Virus record (IMG/VR): IMGVR_UViG_3300024520_000060
Location: 5,997 to 69,996 of that record
Reading direction: 5' to 3' (one strand)
DNA length: 64,000 bases
DNA from: a virus
Numbering within the stretch: the first letter of the stretch is position 1; each line of letters opens with the position of its first letter. A program made the position numbers and the translations under genes. Of this stretch, positions 54,833 through 64,000 are shown piece after piece. The notes below the pieces were generated by a model that saw only the letters and a list, made by a program, of their open reading frames with translations, did not search any database and had not been told where the DNA came from.

Positions 54833-55267
54833 TCACAGCTTTTCTACCCCGACTTGTCCTGAGGACGTAACAGTGATGCGGACATCATGACCGAAGACGG
54901 AGTGCATGACATCGTTAGGGATGGACCTGAAGTCATAGATCGCACAGTCGTAGGTCCGGCGATGATCGGCGGACAGCTGGTCAGGCTTGGCCCAGCCCAT
55001 GCCCAGGGTACCAACCATCTTGGCGGCGAACGCTTCGGTCTGTCGGTGGGCTATGGTGTCTCGCTCGACCATAACCAAGGGCTGGCGGTGTAGGCTGACG
55101 AAGCACCCCCCAATCATCTCCTGAGTCCAGCTGAGTCCCATGATCCCCGAGTGCCGAGCGAACATGGGCTGGAGGACTTCCTGGACAGCAGTCTGCCCAA
55201 CCCGAGCGAGCCGGATCTGGGCCTGGGCCTGGGTGTTCAGGAAGGCAGTGATAGCCGGGTGCATCAT
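54833..55267 (-). CDS. hypothetical protein
   Basis: 144 aa; SWTQ...VFGHDVRITVT. Confidence 0.6.
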   Translation of the reverse strand: MMHPAITAFLNTQAQAQIRLARVGQTAVQEVLQPMFARHSGIMGLSWTQEMIGGCFVSLHRQPLVMVERDTIAHRQTEAFAAKMVGTLGMGWAKPDQLSADHRRTYDCAIYDFRSIPNDVMHSVFGHDVRITVTSSGQVGVEKL

Positions 55268-55497
55268 CTGAGCACGAACTCCCAGCTGGTCGTCATGGTG
55301 TCGCCTTCGCGAATCACGGTCTCGACCAGCTTGTACTTGCTGGCCTCCTCAGACCCTGTCTCCATCAGGAAGGCCCCGGCGAACATCTCGATGTACTGCG
55401 CCCGCTCCTGCTTCAGCTTGTCCAGGTGGGCCCGCATCTCGGGACTCCCGGGAGCCTGGGCCGGGTTGGGCGAAACGTGAAGGTCGTCGGGATTCAT
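55264..55497 (-). CDS. hypothetical protein
   Basis: 77 aa, coupled. Confidence 0.6.
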   Translation of the reverse strand: MNPDDLHVSPNPAQAPGSPEMRAHLDKLKQERAQYIEMFAGAFLMETGSEEASKYKLVETVIREGDTMTTSWEFVLR

Positions 55498-55679
55498 GAC
55501 AGGATCTTCTTGGTACAGTACTCGAGGCCGACAGTGACGGTCGTGATGATCGCCATGGCAAGAGGTGCCCAGAGCGGGGCGGTCACCCAGATCCAGTTCC
55601 AGTTGATCACGCCGGTCAGCTTCAGGACGAGGAAGGTGAGGAACAGGAATGCGTTGAGCTTGTTGTCTGTGTCTTTCAT
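55494..55679 (-). CDS. small membrane protein
   Basis: FLVLKLTGVINWNWIWVTAPLW, a widespread phage TM motif. Confidence 0.75.
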   Translation of the reverse strand: MKDTDNKLNAFLFLTFLVLKLTGVINWNWIWVTAPLWAPLAMAIITTVTVGLEYCTKKILS

Positions 55680-56437
55680 GACTTCACCTGCGAGGAGGCG
55701 AACGCCTTCTTCCAGTAGACCGTGACCTCGGTACGAGTACCGAACTCGCCACCGGCCTTGTTCTCCTTCTGGCGGAGACGGACGAACTCGGGGTGAAGCT
55801 CATGCAGCTTCTTCGCCGCACGCTCGTGGTTCTCGTGGGTCCGGTAGTCCGAGCAGCCACCAGCCATCTGGGTCTGGACCTGCCCTTGGGCCCAACGGGT
55901 GAGGATACCGCTGGGCAGTCCTCGCTCGAGGAGCTGGAGCGCCACATCGAAGTCCTCCATCACCTGGACCCGGGTGAAGTCAACGTCAGCCGGAACCATG
56001 TCCGCGTTGATCCCGAGTGCCCGGATGTACCGCTGGTTCTCGAGGATGTCACCCAACCCCTTGAACCTGTTGAAACCTTCACGAGCAGCGATGCCCACGT
56101 GGGCGTAGTCGTCCAGAGCATCCTCGACGGCCTCAAGGAGGTTGACCATGTCCCGCTCACTGGCGTTGACCAGCTTGCCCTCGTCGTCTTCCCGACGAGT
56201 GTAGAACCAGAGGTCGTCGTCGAGCATCAGGATCTTGCCGCCGACATCGCGAACGCAGTACTCCCGGACACCAGCGATGCCACACACGCCCTCAGGGAGC
56301 ACGTGAAGGTCCGCGTCAGGGTAGGCCGCACGGTAGTCCGCCGCCTGGCTGTAGTCCACAAGGAGTGTGGCGTTCGGGAGGTCACGGAAGATCCGGACTT
56401 TGCCGGCACGACTGAGGGTGGGTACGAGAATCTTCAT
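55676..56437 (-). CDS. GT-A fold glycosyltransferase, TET/JBP-associated (TAGT)-like
   Basis: ILVPT.SRA, GIAGVR, ILMLDDDL (DxD), EDFDVALQLL..G, GGC...R; start MKILVP at 56437. Confidence 0.8.
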   Translation of the reverse strand: MKILVPTLSRAGKVRIFRDLPNATLLVDYSQAADYRAAYPDADLHVLPEGVCGIAGVREYCVRDVGGKILMLDDDLWFYTRREDDEGKLVNASERDMVNLLEAVEDALDDYAHVGIAAREGFNRFKGLGDILENQRYIRALGINADMVPADVDFTRVQVMEDFDVALQLLERGLPSGILTRWAQGQVQTQMAGGCSDYRTHENHERAAKKLHELHPEFVRLRQKENKAGGEFGTRTEVTVYWKKAFASSQVKS

Positions 56438-56444
56438 CAGGGGT

Positions 56445-57638
56445 CTAGCCTTGCGGGTAGGTGTCAGGATTGACAGGTTGGCGATCTTCGACGAATGGCT
56501 TGGCAGCCTGGACGTTCCACGTGTTGGCACTGTGACGCCCAAAGAATGTTACCTCACCGTTGGGGAGGCCGTTGTGTTTCAGCTCGAATCCTGTTCCTGG
56601 TGCGTGGAGGAACATGAACGCTCGGTCGCCGTTCTTGATGTTCAACTTCTCCACAGAGTTGAACGCACACACGGGACGATCACCGTTGGGGAAGATGCCG
56701 ATGTTCTCCTTCCAGATCATGCGGGACACCGCGAAGCCTTCAGTGTTCAGGAACCCCGGGCCTTCCACGATCCATGGCTTGTAGTTCTTGGTCGTCTGGT
56801 GCTGCTTGACGTCCCGGTACACCACAGACAGGCCGGTCGCATACTCGGACTCGCCGTAGTTGCGCGCCATGCGCACGAACCCATTGGGCCAGCCAGCGAC
56901 CGTGTAATTGTAGGCCCCGTCCTGGCCACAGTTGTAGGCCGAGTTGCCTTCGATGATCAAGTTGCCTGTCGCCGCCTGGGGGTTCAGCATGTTCCCGGAC
57001 CACCATCGTGTGACCACCTGGGTATGCGTCCGCTTCCACTTGGCCGCACGATTGTTCAGGATGTATGCGTTCTGCTTCGGGTTGTTGATGTAGATGAAGT
57101 GCTCTTGCCCGCCACCCATTCCGGAGCAGCCATCGAACACGATCTCCTCTGTCTGACCATGGATGCGGTAGCCCCACTTGGTCCTGGCATCGGACAGCAT
57201 CCGGACGTTGTGGAACTCCAGGACACCGAGGTAGTTGTCCATATAGCCCAGGACACCTACCTGGCTGCCTCGTGCATCGATAGTGACATCGGTGAATACG
57301 ACCCGACCAATGCCTCCCCCTTCGCTGGAGATGCCAATCGAGCCGAGGACCGAGTGGTCGTCTGCGCCAGTGATCGCTACATCAAAGGGAGCGGTCCGCA
57401 CGGCCTGGTTCTTGCCAGCACCGTTGCCTACCGAGAGGTCCAGATGCGGCATCCTGCCGTGTACCTGGATGATGTCCCCAGGGTGGCTGCGAATCAGAGC
57501 GAACGCCAGAGGGTTCTTTTGCCCTGTCTGATGTGTCTGTCCCGAAGCATGCTCGATAGCTTGCCCCGGGAAGACGTCCCAGTCGGGTTGGGATTGTTGC
57601 GGCAGAATTGCCAGTAGAAGAATCGCGAAGAAGTCCAT
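56445..57638 (-). CDS. exported beta-helix (pectin-lyase-like) protein
   Basis: Hydrophobic N-terminus; PGDIIQV; EHFIYINN, LIIEGN..YNCG repeats typical of right-handed beta helices. Confidence 0.6.
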   Translation of the reverse strand: MDFFAILLLAILPQQSQPDWDVFPGQAIEHASGQTHQTGQKNPLAFALIRSHPGDIIQVHGRMPHLDLSVGNGAGKNQAVRTAPFDVAITGADDHSVLGSIGISSEGGGIGRVVFTDVTIDARGSQVGVLGYMDNYLGVLEFHNVRMLSDARTKWGYRIHGQTEEIVFDGCSGMGGGQEHFIYINNPKQNAYILNNRAAKWKRTHTQVVTRWWSGNMLNPQAATGNLIIEGNSAYNCGQDGAYNYTVAGWPNGFVRMARNYGESEYATGLSVVYRDVKQHQTTKNYKPWIVEGPGFLNTEGFAVSRMIWKENIGIFPNGDRPVCAFNSVEKLNIKNGDRAFMFLHAPGTGFELKHNGLPNGEVTFFGRHSANTWNVQAAKPFVEDRQPVNPDTYPQG

Positions 57639-57672
57639 GAGGGAGAGTAGCTCGTGGAGAGAGGAAAGGAGT

Positions 57673-57692
57673 TGGGGGCCCGAAGGCCCCCA
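57673..57692 (-). terminator. GC hairpin with UUCG loop
   Basis: Minus strand TGGGGGCC-TTCG-GGCCCCCA just after the 57699 stop; weak U-tract. Confidence 0.5.
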
Positions 57693-57698
57693 GGTGAA

Positions 57699-58244
57699 TC
57701 AGTCGGTGAGGCGGATGACCCCATCGGCGTCGGTGGTGAGCCCGTAGCCCGTCCACCAGTTGAGGATGCGCAGTGTCTTGTGCAGCACGCCCTCCTCATT
57801 GAACCCTACCTCAGTGTTGGCGAGAAGGGCATCGAAAGTGGAACCTTCGTTGAGAAGCAGCGTGATCAGGCGACCCCGACGACTGTTGGGGCGGAAGGTG
57901 CGGATGAGCTCCTTGCGCTCCAGGTTGTAGATGCCGCGCACCTTGGGCTCCCTCGTCTTGGGAGCATTGCTCTCGTTGGGCTGGGAGGCATCCACCCGGC
58001 TCGTCTCGGTGGGCTCCCCGCCATTCAGCATGTTGATCAGCGTGGGCGGTGCCGGGTTCTTCGGATCGCCGGACCGGAAGAGGTCCCCCTCTTCAGCGTA
58101 GCCGGAGGTGGCGAAAGCGAGGATGCGCTTGACGCCCGTCTCGCGGTTGCGGAATCGCTTGACCTGGTCAACGCCGTCGAGGGCGTTGAAGATGGCGACG
58201 AGTTCCGGGCCGGACTTGGTTTCGAGTTCTGATTGCGTGAACAT
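57699..58244 (-). CDS. hypothetical protein, possibly DNA-binding
   Basis: Likely start MFTQSEL at 58244 with AAGGA SD. Confidence 0.65.
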   Translation of the reverse strand: MFTQSELETKSGPELVAIFNALDGVDQVKRFRNRETGVKRILAFATSGYAEEGDLFRSGDPKNPAPPTLINMLNGGEPTETSRVDASQPNESNAPKTREPKVRGIYNLERKELIRTFRPNSRRGRLITLLLNEGSTFDALLANTEVGFNEEGVLHKTLRILNWWTGYGLTTDADGVIRLTD

Positions 58245-58354
58245 GGTTGGCTTCCTTGAGTTCGTGGTTGTGTTTTCCGTTACGCCTTCACCATACTCAA
58301 CCCCCCGAGTCCGAGCGTTGTTTTTCCGGGGATGTTTACAGCAAGCGTCGTAAG

Positions 58355-60058
58355 TCATTCACAGTCGCGACGCCCCGAGGAATCAATCGTGCAGGAAAGG
58401 CCCTCTTCGGCCGAGTCGTCCTTCAGAATGCCCATCCGCTGGCCGCCCGCATTGAAGGTGGTGCACCCCTTTGCTCCGCCCTCCCAGGCTTTCATGTAGA
58501 TGGCCTTGAAGTCTTCCCAGTCCATGCTGGGGCTGACGTTGCAAGTCTTGCTCACCGAACTGTCCACCAGGGCCTGTGCCGTGGTCAGGACGTCAAGGTG
58601 CTCCTGCGCTGAGATCGCTGACGACTCCGTGGGCACGATGCCGAGGTTGGCATAGGCGTAGTCCTCGATCACGTGCTCCTCCGGTCCGTCCCACATCTGA
58701 ACCGTGCGGCGGATGGAGTTGCTGAAGGTCGGCTCGATTCCCGAGCTGATATTGTCGGCGCACAGGCTGATCGTGCCGGTCGGAGCGATGCTGGTCAGGT
58801 GACTGTTGCGCATGCCATGCTGTGAGATCAGGCTGCGTATATCTGCCGGCAGGTCCAGAGTTGACAGGCTCTCCAGATACTTGTCCCGATCGAACAGCGG
58901 AAAGGGGCCCCGCTCCTTGGCGAGCATGGCGCTGGCCCGGTAGGACTCATCCCGGAGGATGGTGAGTACCCTGGTCTCAAACTCCAGGAACTGCTCCCGT
59001 CCGTACCGGAACCCGAGAGCTTCTCCGGCGTTGGCCAGCCCAGTGATGCCCAACCCCATCCTTCGCTTGTTGTGGGCTTCCTGCTCCTGCTCGAAGAGAG
59101 GATAGGTGGCGACGTCCACAACCCTGTCCATGGCACCAACCACAGGAGCGATGTCAGCGGCGAACCCATCCCAGTCGAACTCCCAGGAAGCATACCCCGG
59201 GGCGTCCCGAAGGTACTTGGTCAGGTTGAAGCTGCCCAGGAGGCAAGCACCGTAGGGCGGCAGCGGCTGCTCGCCACAGGGGTTGGTCGCTGCGATGTCC
59301 TCACAGTACCAGAGATTGTTGCGGGTGTTGATCGTGTCGATGAAGATCACACCGGGTTCGGCCCACTCCCAGGTGGAGCGCATGATCTTCTCCCAGAGGG
59401 CCCGGGCATCGATGGTGGAGTAGGTTCGACCATGGAATCGCAGGTCGAACGTATCGCCTACTTTTACAGCCCGCATGAACTCATCCGTGATACCGATTGA
59501 GATGTTGAATCCCGTCAGGTTGTCGTCGTTCTGCTTGCAGTGAACGAACTCCACGATGTCGGGGTGATCTACCCGAAGGACGCCCATCTGAGCACCACGG
59601 CGGTGGCCACTGCTGGCGATGCACTTGCAGAGCGCATCGTAGATCTGCATGAAGGACACGGGGCCGGAAGCCTGGCTGCCGAGCTTCTTGATCTCTGCGC
59701 CCCGTGGTCGTAGGCCGGAGAAGTCGTAGCCGATGCCACCACCCATGCGCATGGTCTGAGCAGCCTCGGTGGCACGAGCCATGATGGAGCCGTGGCCGTC
59801 GATGAAGCTGTCGTGGATCTCGCCACTGACGAAGCAGTTGTAGGGGGTCACTCGTCTCGGGGAGCCCACGGCAGCCTGGATGCGACCTCCGGCCATGAAC
59901 TTCATGGAGCGGATGATGTCCCGGTAGGCCATGAACTGCTCACGGCCATCCGTCAGCGCCCCGGCCTGACGGTTCATCGCCTCGTCAAAGGACTCGCCCT
60001 GCGCACGGTACTTGGTAGCGTGCATGAATTCTGCGAAGGGTGTTTGGGGACCGTTCAT
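58355..60058 (-). CDS. nrdJ: class II (B12-dependent) ribonucleotide reductase
   Basis: GGRIQ, NCFV, GGGIGYDFS.LRP, RRGAQM, TNPCGEQPLPPYGACLLGS, SIAPTGTIS; no beta subunit nearby; C-terminal Cys pair. Confidence 0.9.
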   Translation of the reverse strand: MNGPQTPFAEFMHATKYRAQGESFDEAMNRQAGALTDGREQFMAYRDIIRSMKFMAGGRIQAAVGSPRRVTPYNCFVSGEIHDSFIDGHGSIMARATEAAQTMRMGGGIGYDFSGLRPRGAEIKKLGSQASGPVSFMQIYDALCKCIASSGHRRGAQMGVLRVDHPDIVEFVHCKQNDDNLTGFNISIGITDEFMRAVKVGDTFDLRFHGRTYSTIDARALWEKIMRSTWEWAEPGVIFIDTINTRNNLWYCEDIAATNPCGEQPLPPYGACLLGSFNLTKYLRDAPGYASWEFDWDGFAADIAPVVGAMDRVVDVATYPLFEQEQEAHNKRRMGLGITGLANAGEALGFRYGREQFLEFETRVLTILRDESYRASAMLAKERGPFPLFDRDKYLESLSTLDLPADIRSLISQHGMRNSHLTSIAPTGTISLCADNISSGIEPTFSNSIRRTVQMWDGPEEHVIEDYAYANLGIVPTESSAISAQEHLDVLTTAQALVDSSVSKTCNVSPSMDWEDFKAIYMKAWEGGAKGCTTFNAGGQRMGILKDDSAEEGLSCTIDSSGRRDCE

Positions 60059-61248
60059 CGGATGATTGTCACTTCTTTGGCGGCACGAGTGATGCCGGTG
60101 TAGAGCCAGGATCGGCGTTGGTGGGCAGGGAAACGGTGGGACTCGTCAATGACACAGACCGTGTCGAACTGAGAACCCTGGGACTTGTGGACGGTCATGG
60201 CATAGGCGAACTCGAAGCACTGCGAGTCACGCATGGACCAGTAGGGAATCTCCTCGCCTCGGAAGGGCTGAGGGTGGGCGTCTACGTTGAGGAAGGTGTC
60301 GGGCTCCTCCACGCTCTGGATGGTCATGGAGAGGGAGTCCGTGTTGCTGTCGTAGAATATATCCTTCACCACCCACTGGCTGCCGTTGAGGAGTCCGGTC
60401 TCGCCATCGTTCCTGGTGCAGATGAGTCGGTCGCCATTCACCGGCAGCTGGTCGTCGTATCCCAGATGCTCTCGCATCCGGGTGTTGATCACTCGTCTGG
60501 ACTTGTTCGTGCCCACCAGGATCTGATCGAACTCGGCGAGATCCGCGATGTCCAGTACACCCTTGGCGATGTGGTCCTCTGCGTTCAGACCTCGACCCTC
60601 CCGCACCTGGGTGGCGATGCGGAGTACTCGGCTACCGGCAGCCTGACGATGGATGTTCTCTAGCATGACGTCAGGCTTCTGGTTGGTGAAGTAGCCTCCA
60701 CCTTTGACGGGCGGCAGCTGGGCATCATCGCCCAACACCAGGATGGGGATGCCGAAGGATTCTAGGTCCTCGCCAACTATCTGGTCAACCTGAGATACCT
60801 CGTCAACGATGAGGAGGCTGGCCTGGTCGAGCGGCGAGGATGCGTTCAGGCTGAACATCGGACGCTTGAGGTTCTCCTGCTCAATCGCGATCTCAGCCTG
60901 GAGGGAGTCGAGGATTCGCTGTGAGACGTCCCCGTCAGCTTGCTTGACATACTCCTTCTGGAGATCCCGCAGTCGCTGAGCGCTCTTAGACTTGGGCAGG
61001 TAGATCAGTGAGTGGATTGTGCCCGCCCCCTCGCAGCCCTTGGAGCGTAGGACGTAGGCAGCCTTGCCCGTGTATGCCGCGAATATCACCTTGCCAGCGA
61101 CCATCTTGGCGAACTCTTGGGCGAGCGTGGTCTTGCCCGTGCCCGCGTAGCCGAACACTCGGAACACCGAGGACTCGAGCGGGATGCACGCATCAAACCA
61201 CTTCTTGGCCTTCGCGAGGGCCTTCTCTTGTTCGGGGGTGAGCTTCAT
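60055..61248 (-). CDS. SF1 helicase, RecD/Dda-like
   Basis: GYAGTGKTT, IVDEVS, LGDDAQLPPV, HRQA, YAMTVHKSQGSQF, YTGITRA. Confidence 0.92.
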   Translation of the reverse strand: MKLTPEQEKALAKAKKWFDACIPLESSVFRVFGYAGTGKTTLAQEFAKMVAGKVIFAAYTGKAAYVLRSKGCEGAGTIHSLIYLPKSKSAQRLRDLQKEYVKQADGDVSQRILDSLQAEIAIEQENLKRPMFSLNASSPLDQASLLIVDEVSQVDQIVGEDLESFGIPILVLGDDAQLPPVKGGGYFTNQKPDVMLENIHRQAAGSRVLRIATQVREGRGLNAEDHIAKGVLDIADLAEFDQILVGTNKSRRVINTRMREHLGYDDQLPVNGDRLICTRNDGETGLLNGSQWVVKDIFYDSNTDSLSMTIQSVEEPDTFLNVDAHPQPFRGEEIPYWSMRDSQCFEFAYAMTVHKSQGSQFDTVCVIDESHRFPAHQRRSWLYTGITRAAKEVTIIR

Positions 61249-61426
61249 GTGTAGAAAGGGTTGTGGGCCTTCCATCCACTCGGAGGCTACCGAACCTCAT
61301 GCCGATCCGGAATCAGCTGCTCTAAAGGAGGTCGGGGTGGGTGGCTCCGCCATCAGGTTGCCGGCTACACTGGTGATCAAACCAGCTCCCGGTCCTCGGC
61401 CTTCCCCACCCCTACCAGCTGGTTCT

Positions 61427-62260
61427 CTAGAAGACCTTGTCGGTGTCGACCGGGGCGTCGCCAGCGTTGCTGCCGTGGTTCGGCTTCGCCTCGCCAGAGC
61501 CGACGTTCTCGAGGAACGCCTGGGCACCCTCCAGAATCGGGGCACCCTTCTTCGGGTCGATCAGGCTGGCCACGACGTCACCATCCACAGCGGGATTGAG
61601 CTCGCAGTTGGCGTAGGGCTGCCCAGCTGCGTTCTTCTCCTTGGTCGCCGTCATGCGGATCTGGTGCGCGAAGAGCGGGATCTGCTTCGAACCCTTCATC
61701 GTGCGGAGACGCGTCATGATCGCCTTGTACCTCTTGATCTTGGTCTTCGTGAAGGCCATGACCACCAGGTCGGACACCTCGGTAGCTCCTGCCGACTCGA
61801 GGATGGCAGCGTAGATGTAGAAGGTTTCGACCAGGTCGTTGCCCTCCTCGGACTTCAGGTTGTTGCGCTCGCCCGACTGGACGGCGGCAACCCGGGCCTC
61901 CCTGACGATGTCGCTGTCGAGAGCATGCACGCCCACGAAGCCACCACCGTTGTCACGGGGAACCCACTCGACGAACACGTGCTGGGTGGTGCACGGAACG
62001 AAGACGATCTCCTTGTGGAGTTCGCGGGTCACGGAGTTGATAAACATGCCACTCATGGCACCATCGACGTAGGTGTCCTCGCCCTGCTGGACCTCCGGGC
62101 TGAGAGCCTGGAGCTGGTTCAGGAATGGGACGGAGAAGTCGTCTTCGTCGGTGTTCTCCCATCCGGCGCCAGCGGTGGCCCCGTAGTCATGGGTGACGAG
62201 TGCGCCTCCTTTGGCGCGGACTTCGACAGCGGTCTCGGATTTCGGTTTGGCTTGCGCCAT
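61427..62260 (-). CDS. replication-module protein, possible phage-type SSB
   Basis: G.EN...DD..VPFL..LQALSPEV, FVEW.PR..GGGFVG pattern; aromatic/acidic C-terminus. Confidence 0.55.
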   Translation of the reverse strand: MAQAKPKSETAVEVRAKGGALVTHDYGATAGAGWENTDEDDFSVPFLNQLQALSPEVQQGEDTYVDGAMSGMFINSVTRELHKEIVFVPCTTQHVFVEWVPRDNGGGFVGVHALDSDIVREARVAAVQSGERNNLKSEEGNDLVETFYIYAAILESAGATEVSDLVVMAFTKTKIKRYKAIMTRLRTMKGSKQIPLFAHQIRMTATKEKNAAGQPYANCELNPAVDGDVVASLIDPKKGAPILEGAQAFLENVGSGEAKPNHGSNAGDAPVDTDKVF

Positions 62261-62343
62261 GATGTAGGTTCCCTGTAGGGTAGTGCCACGGGTTGTTTAT
62301 CGTCCCCCGGAGCGATTGGACGCAGGCAGAATGCCCGATTGTT

Positions 62344-62913
62344 CTAGTCGCCGAAGATGGTTGCGGGCTTGCTCTTGATGGAGGCTTTGCGGAACTGGGA
62401 AGCACCGAAGAGGTCCATGGGGACTTCCGCGCCATCTTCCAGCAGATCACCAACGAACTTGCGGAGGGTGGAGGACTCCACCTTCTTCTCGTCCTTGACG
62501 TTGAGACCCTTCGCCTGTAGGGTGGCGATGGTTTCGGCAGCCTTCTCGCCCTCCGCACGGCCAAACGCAATGCTGACGTTGTGCTTGATGAGGTCTCCGT
62601 GGCCGCGCTCGCTCATCCACTTGTAGGCTTCCTCGCGGCGGATCTTCGGGATGCTGGCGCGGATGACATCCTTGGTGACCAACTTGATGCCGGACTTCGT
62701 CTCGAAGCTGGCCATCCCGAGCTCGTCCATGAGTTCGGGGATCTGCTGCTCGGCGATGTCGCGCACACCCTCCTGGGCTTCGCGCACCTTTTCCTGAGCC
62801 TCCAGGAGCTTCAGCTCGGCGAGGAACAGGTCGTTGGCCAGGTCACTCAGTTGGGCAAGTCCGCCCGAGTCAGGGGCCTCGGTGGTGAACTCTTCGTAAG
62901 GGTTTTCGGTCAT
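62344..62913 (-). CDS. conserved replication-module protein
   Basis: Coiled coil, IPELMDELG, AYKW..E.GHGDLIK, V.SSTLRKFV. Confidence 0.7.
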   Translation of the reverse strand: MTENPYEEFTTEAPDSGGLAQLSDLANDLFLAELKLLEAQEKVREAQEGVRDIAEQQIPELMDELGMASFETKSGIKLVTKDVIRASIPKIRREEAYKWMSERGHGDLIKHNVSIAFGRAEGEKAAETIATLQAKGLNVKDEKKVESSTLRKFVGDLLEDGAEVPMDLFGASQFRKASIKSKPATIFGD

Positions 62914-62947
62914 GGCTTCATTGTACGCTTTTCGCGGAGGGGGTAAA
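62914..62947 (-). promoter_or_regulatory. putative leaderless promoter with a different -35
   Basis: TTTACC-N16-TACAAT-GAAGCC-ATG; same GAAGCC spacer as several module copies. Confidence 0.55.
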
Positions 62948-62953
62948 GGGAAT

Positions 62954-64000
62954 TCATGCCCAAGTTGGTAGGTCGTCGCCAGTTACAGCTGCGGCGAGAT
63001 TTCTCTTGTTCCGAAGAGCATCAAGGACGTACTCGTCAATTGTGCCCCTGGCGAGCAGGTCGATGTAGAGCACCGGATCGCCGTCCATCCCCGCTCGGTG
63101 CGCACGGTCTTCGGACTGGACTCGCTCGCGTAGGGAGAACGAGTTGCTGTAGTAGATGACACACTTGGCGGTGTGTAGTGTGAGCCCCTCACCGGCAGCG
63201 CTGGGCTTCGCAACGAAGAACTGCTTGGTCCGATCCTTCTGGAACTGCTGTTTCGCCCGGGCCCTGTCGTGGTCGTTGGTTCGACCGTCGAAGGTGACGC
63301 ACTTGTCGCCCACCAACCCCGCGATGTCGTCGATCTCCTGGCTGTACTTGGCGAAGATGAGGGTGGGTGTATCTCCGAGATCTTCCAGGACCTCCTGTAA
63401 GGACGCAAGGCGCGTCTTGGTTCCCAGGGGTACTAGGTTGTCGTCATCATTGCCAACGAAGCCTGAGGTGATCTGCTGCATCCTCAGCATCCGGGTCAGG
63501 GCCAAGTCCGCTGTGACTACGTCCCCACCTTCCAGGAATGTTCGGTACTGCTTCTCCAGCTCCTTGTACGCCTTGGACTGGGCAGGGTCCAGATCGAAGT
63601 ACCTCTTCTCATATAGCTTTGCCGGCAGGTCCAGAACATCGCACTTCAGTAGGCGAGAGCCCACGGAGTCGACGATGTCCTTCAGCTGGGCGAGGTTCCT
63701 GTAGCGGACCAGCACTTCAAACTGTCGGCCCTGCTGCTGGTTTACTCGGCGTTCCCAGATCCCGAAGTGCTGCTTGAAGCTGGCGAAGGTACGGAGACCG
63801 AGGTTGACCCAGATGTCCGGTCGTACTGCCTTGACGCCAGTGAATACATCGAAGGGCGAGTTGTCCACGGGCGTGCCCGTCAGCACTCGGGCGTACAGAG
63901 CATAGGTGCAGGAGGCCATCACTCGCTTCGTGCGCTTGGCTCCCGGGTTCTTGAACCGGCCCGACTCGTCGAAGACGTAGATGCACTTCCGCTTCTGGAG
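62954..64000 (-). CDS. SNF2-family helicase, 5' end outside the window
   Basis: VFDES, LTGTPVDNSPFD, RMQQITSGF, AAGEGLTL, QSEDRAHRAG, GTIDE. Confidence 0.93.
   Translation of the reverse strand, partial: LQKRKCIYVFDESGRFKNPGAKRTKRVMASCTYALYARVLTGTPVDNSPFDVFTGVKAVRPDIWVNLGLRTFASFKQHFGIWERRVNQQQGRQFEVLVRYRNLAQLKDIVDSVGSRLLKCDVLDLPAKLYEKRYFDLDPAQSKAYKELEKQYRTFLEGGDVVTADLALTRMLRMQQITSGFVGNDDDNLVPLGTKTRLASLQEVLEDLGDTPTLIFAKYSQEIDDIAGLVGDKCVTFDGRTNDHDRARAKQQFQKDRTKQFFVAKPSAAGEGLTLHTAKCVIYYSNSFSLRERVQSEDRAHRAGMDGDPVLYIDLLARGTIDEYVLDALRNKRNLAAAVTGDDLPTWA

Noticed and set aside
58280-58360. Further full promoter module on the minus strand
   Set aside because: Has GACTTACG and a possible TATGGT -10, but no TAGCC and no left dyad arm; too degenerate to count.
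61255-61425. tRNA or hammerhead ribozyme
   Set aside because: No cloverleaf or T-loop; CUGAUG is present without the rest of the hammerhead core.
1-64000. Stop-codon reassignment
   Set aside because: Core genes are intact under the standard code and all three stops are used.

Overview
64 kb of a GC-rich tailed dsDNA phage (siphovirus morphology; replication and structural gene sets resemble YuA/M6/phiJL001-type phages). No integrase, tRNA or CRISPR is visible. Layout: (1) 1-21.7 kb, minus strand: tail, head and packaging genes (tape measure, tail chaperone with a lambda-type GGGAAAG -1 frameshift, tail tube, capsid, XkdF-like protease, portal, TerL, TerS). (2) 21.7-23.1 kb: non-coding divergence point with several tandem repeats. 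It opens a ~1.5 kb stretch in which I find no GAG/CTC trinucleotide; this is the likely genome end or first-injected DNA. (3) 23.1-31.7 kb, plus strand: small unrelated ORFs, 17 of them behind their own copy of a conserved module (27-bp dyad, A-tract, TAGCC[C/T]-N17-TAnnnT, then ATGAAGAA 5-6 nt later), which reads as a battery of leaderless-mRNA promoters. An 18th copy has no ATG, and about 8 more copies lie on the minus strand. (4) 31.7-64 kb, minus strand: accessory genes (GGDEF, ClpP, metallophosphoesterase, DUF932), primase-helicase, PolA, a thymidine modification cluster (TS homologue, aGPT-Pplase1, HD, dCMP deaminase, GT-A glycosyltransferase), class II RNR, RecD/Dda-like and SNF2 helicases. 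The strongest new observation is the terminator hairpin after the DUF932 gene (41296-41331). Its 14-nt loop, on the transcribed strand, is exactly antisense to the shared 5' end (AUGAAGAAAUCA) of the leaderless mRNAs, suggesting one RNA could shut off about 20 early genes. All protein calls come from motif recognition by eye, not database searches.
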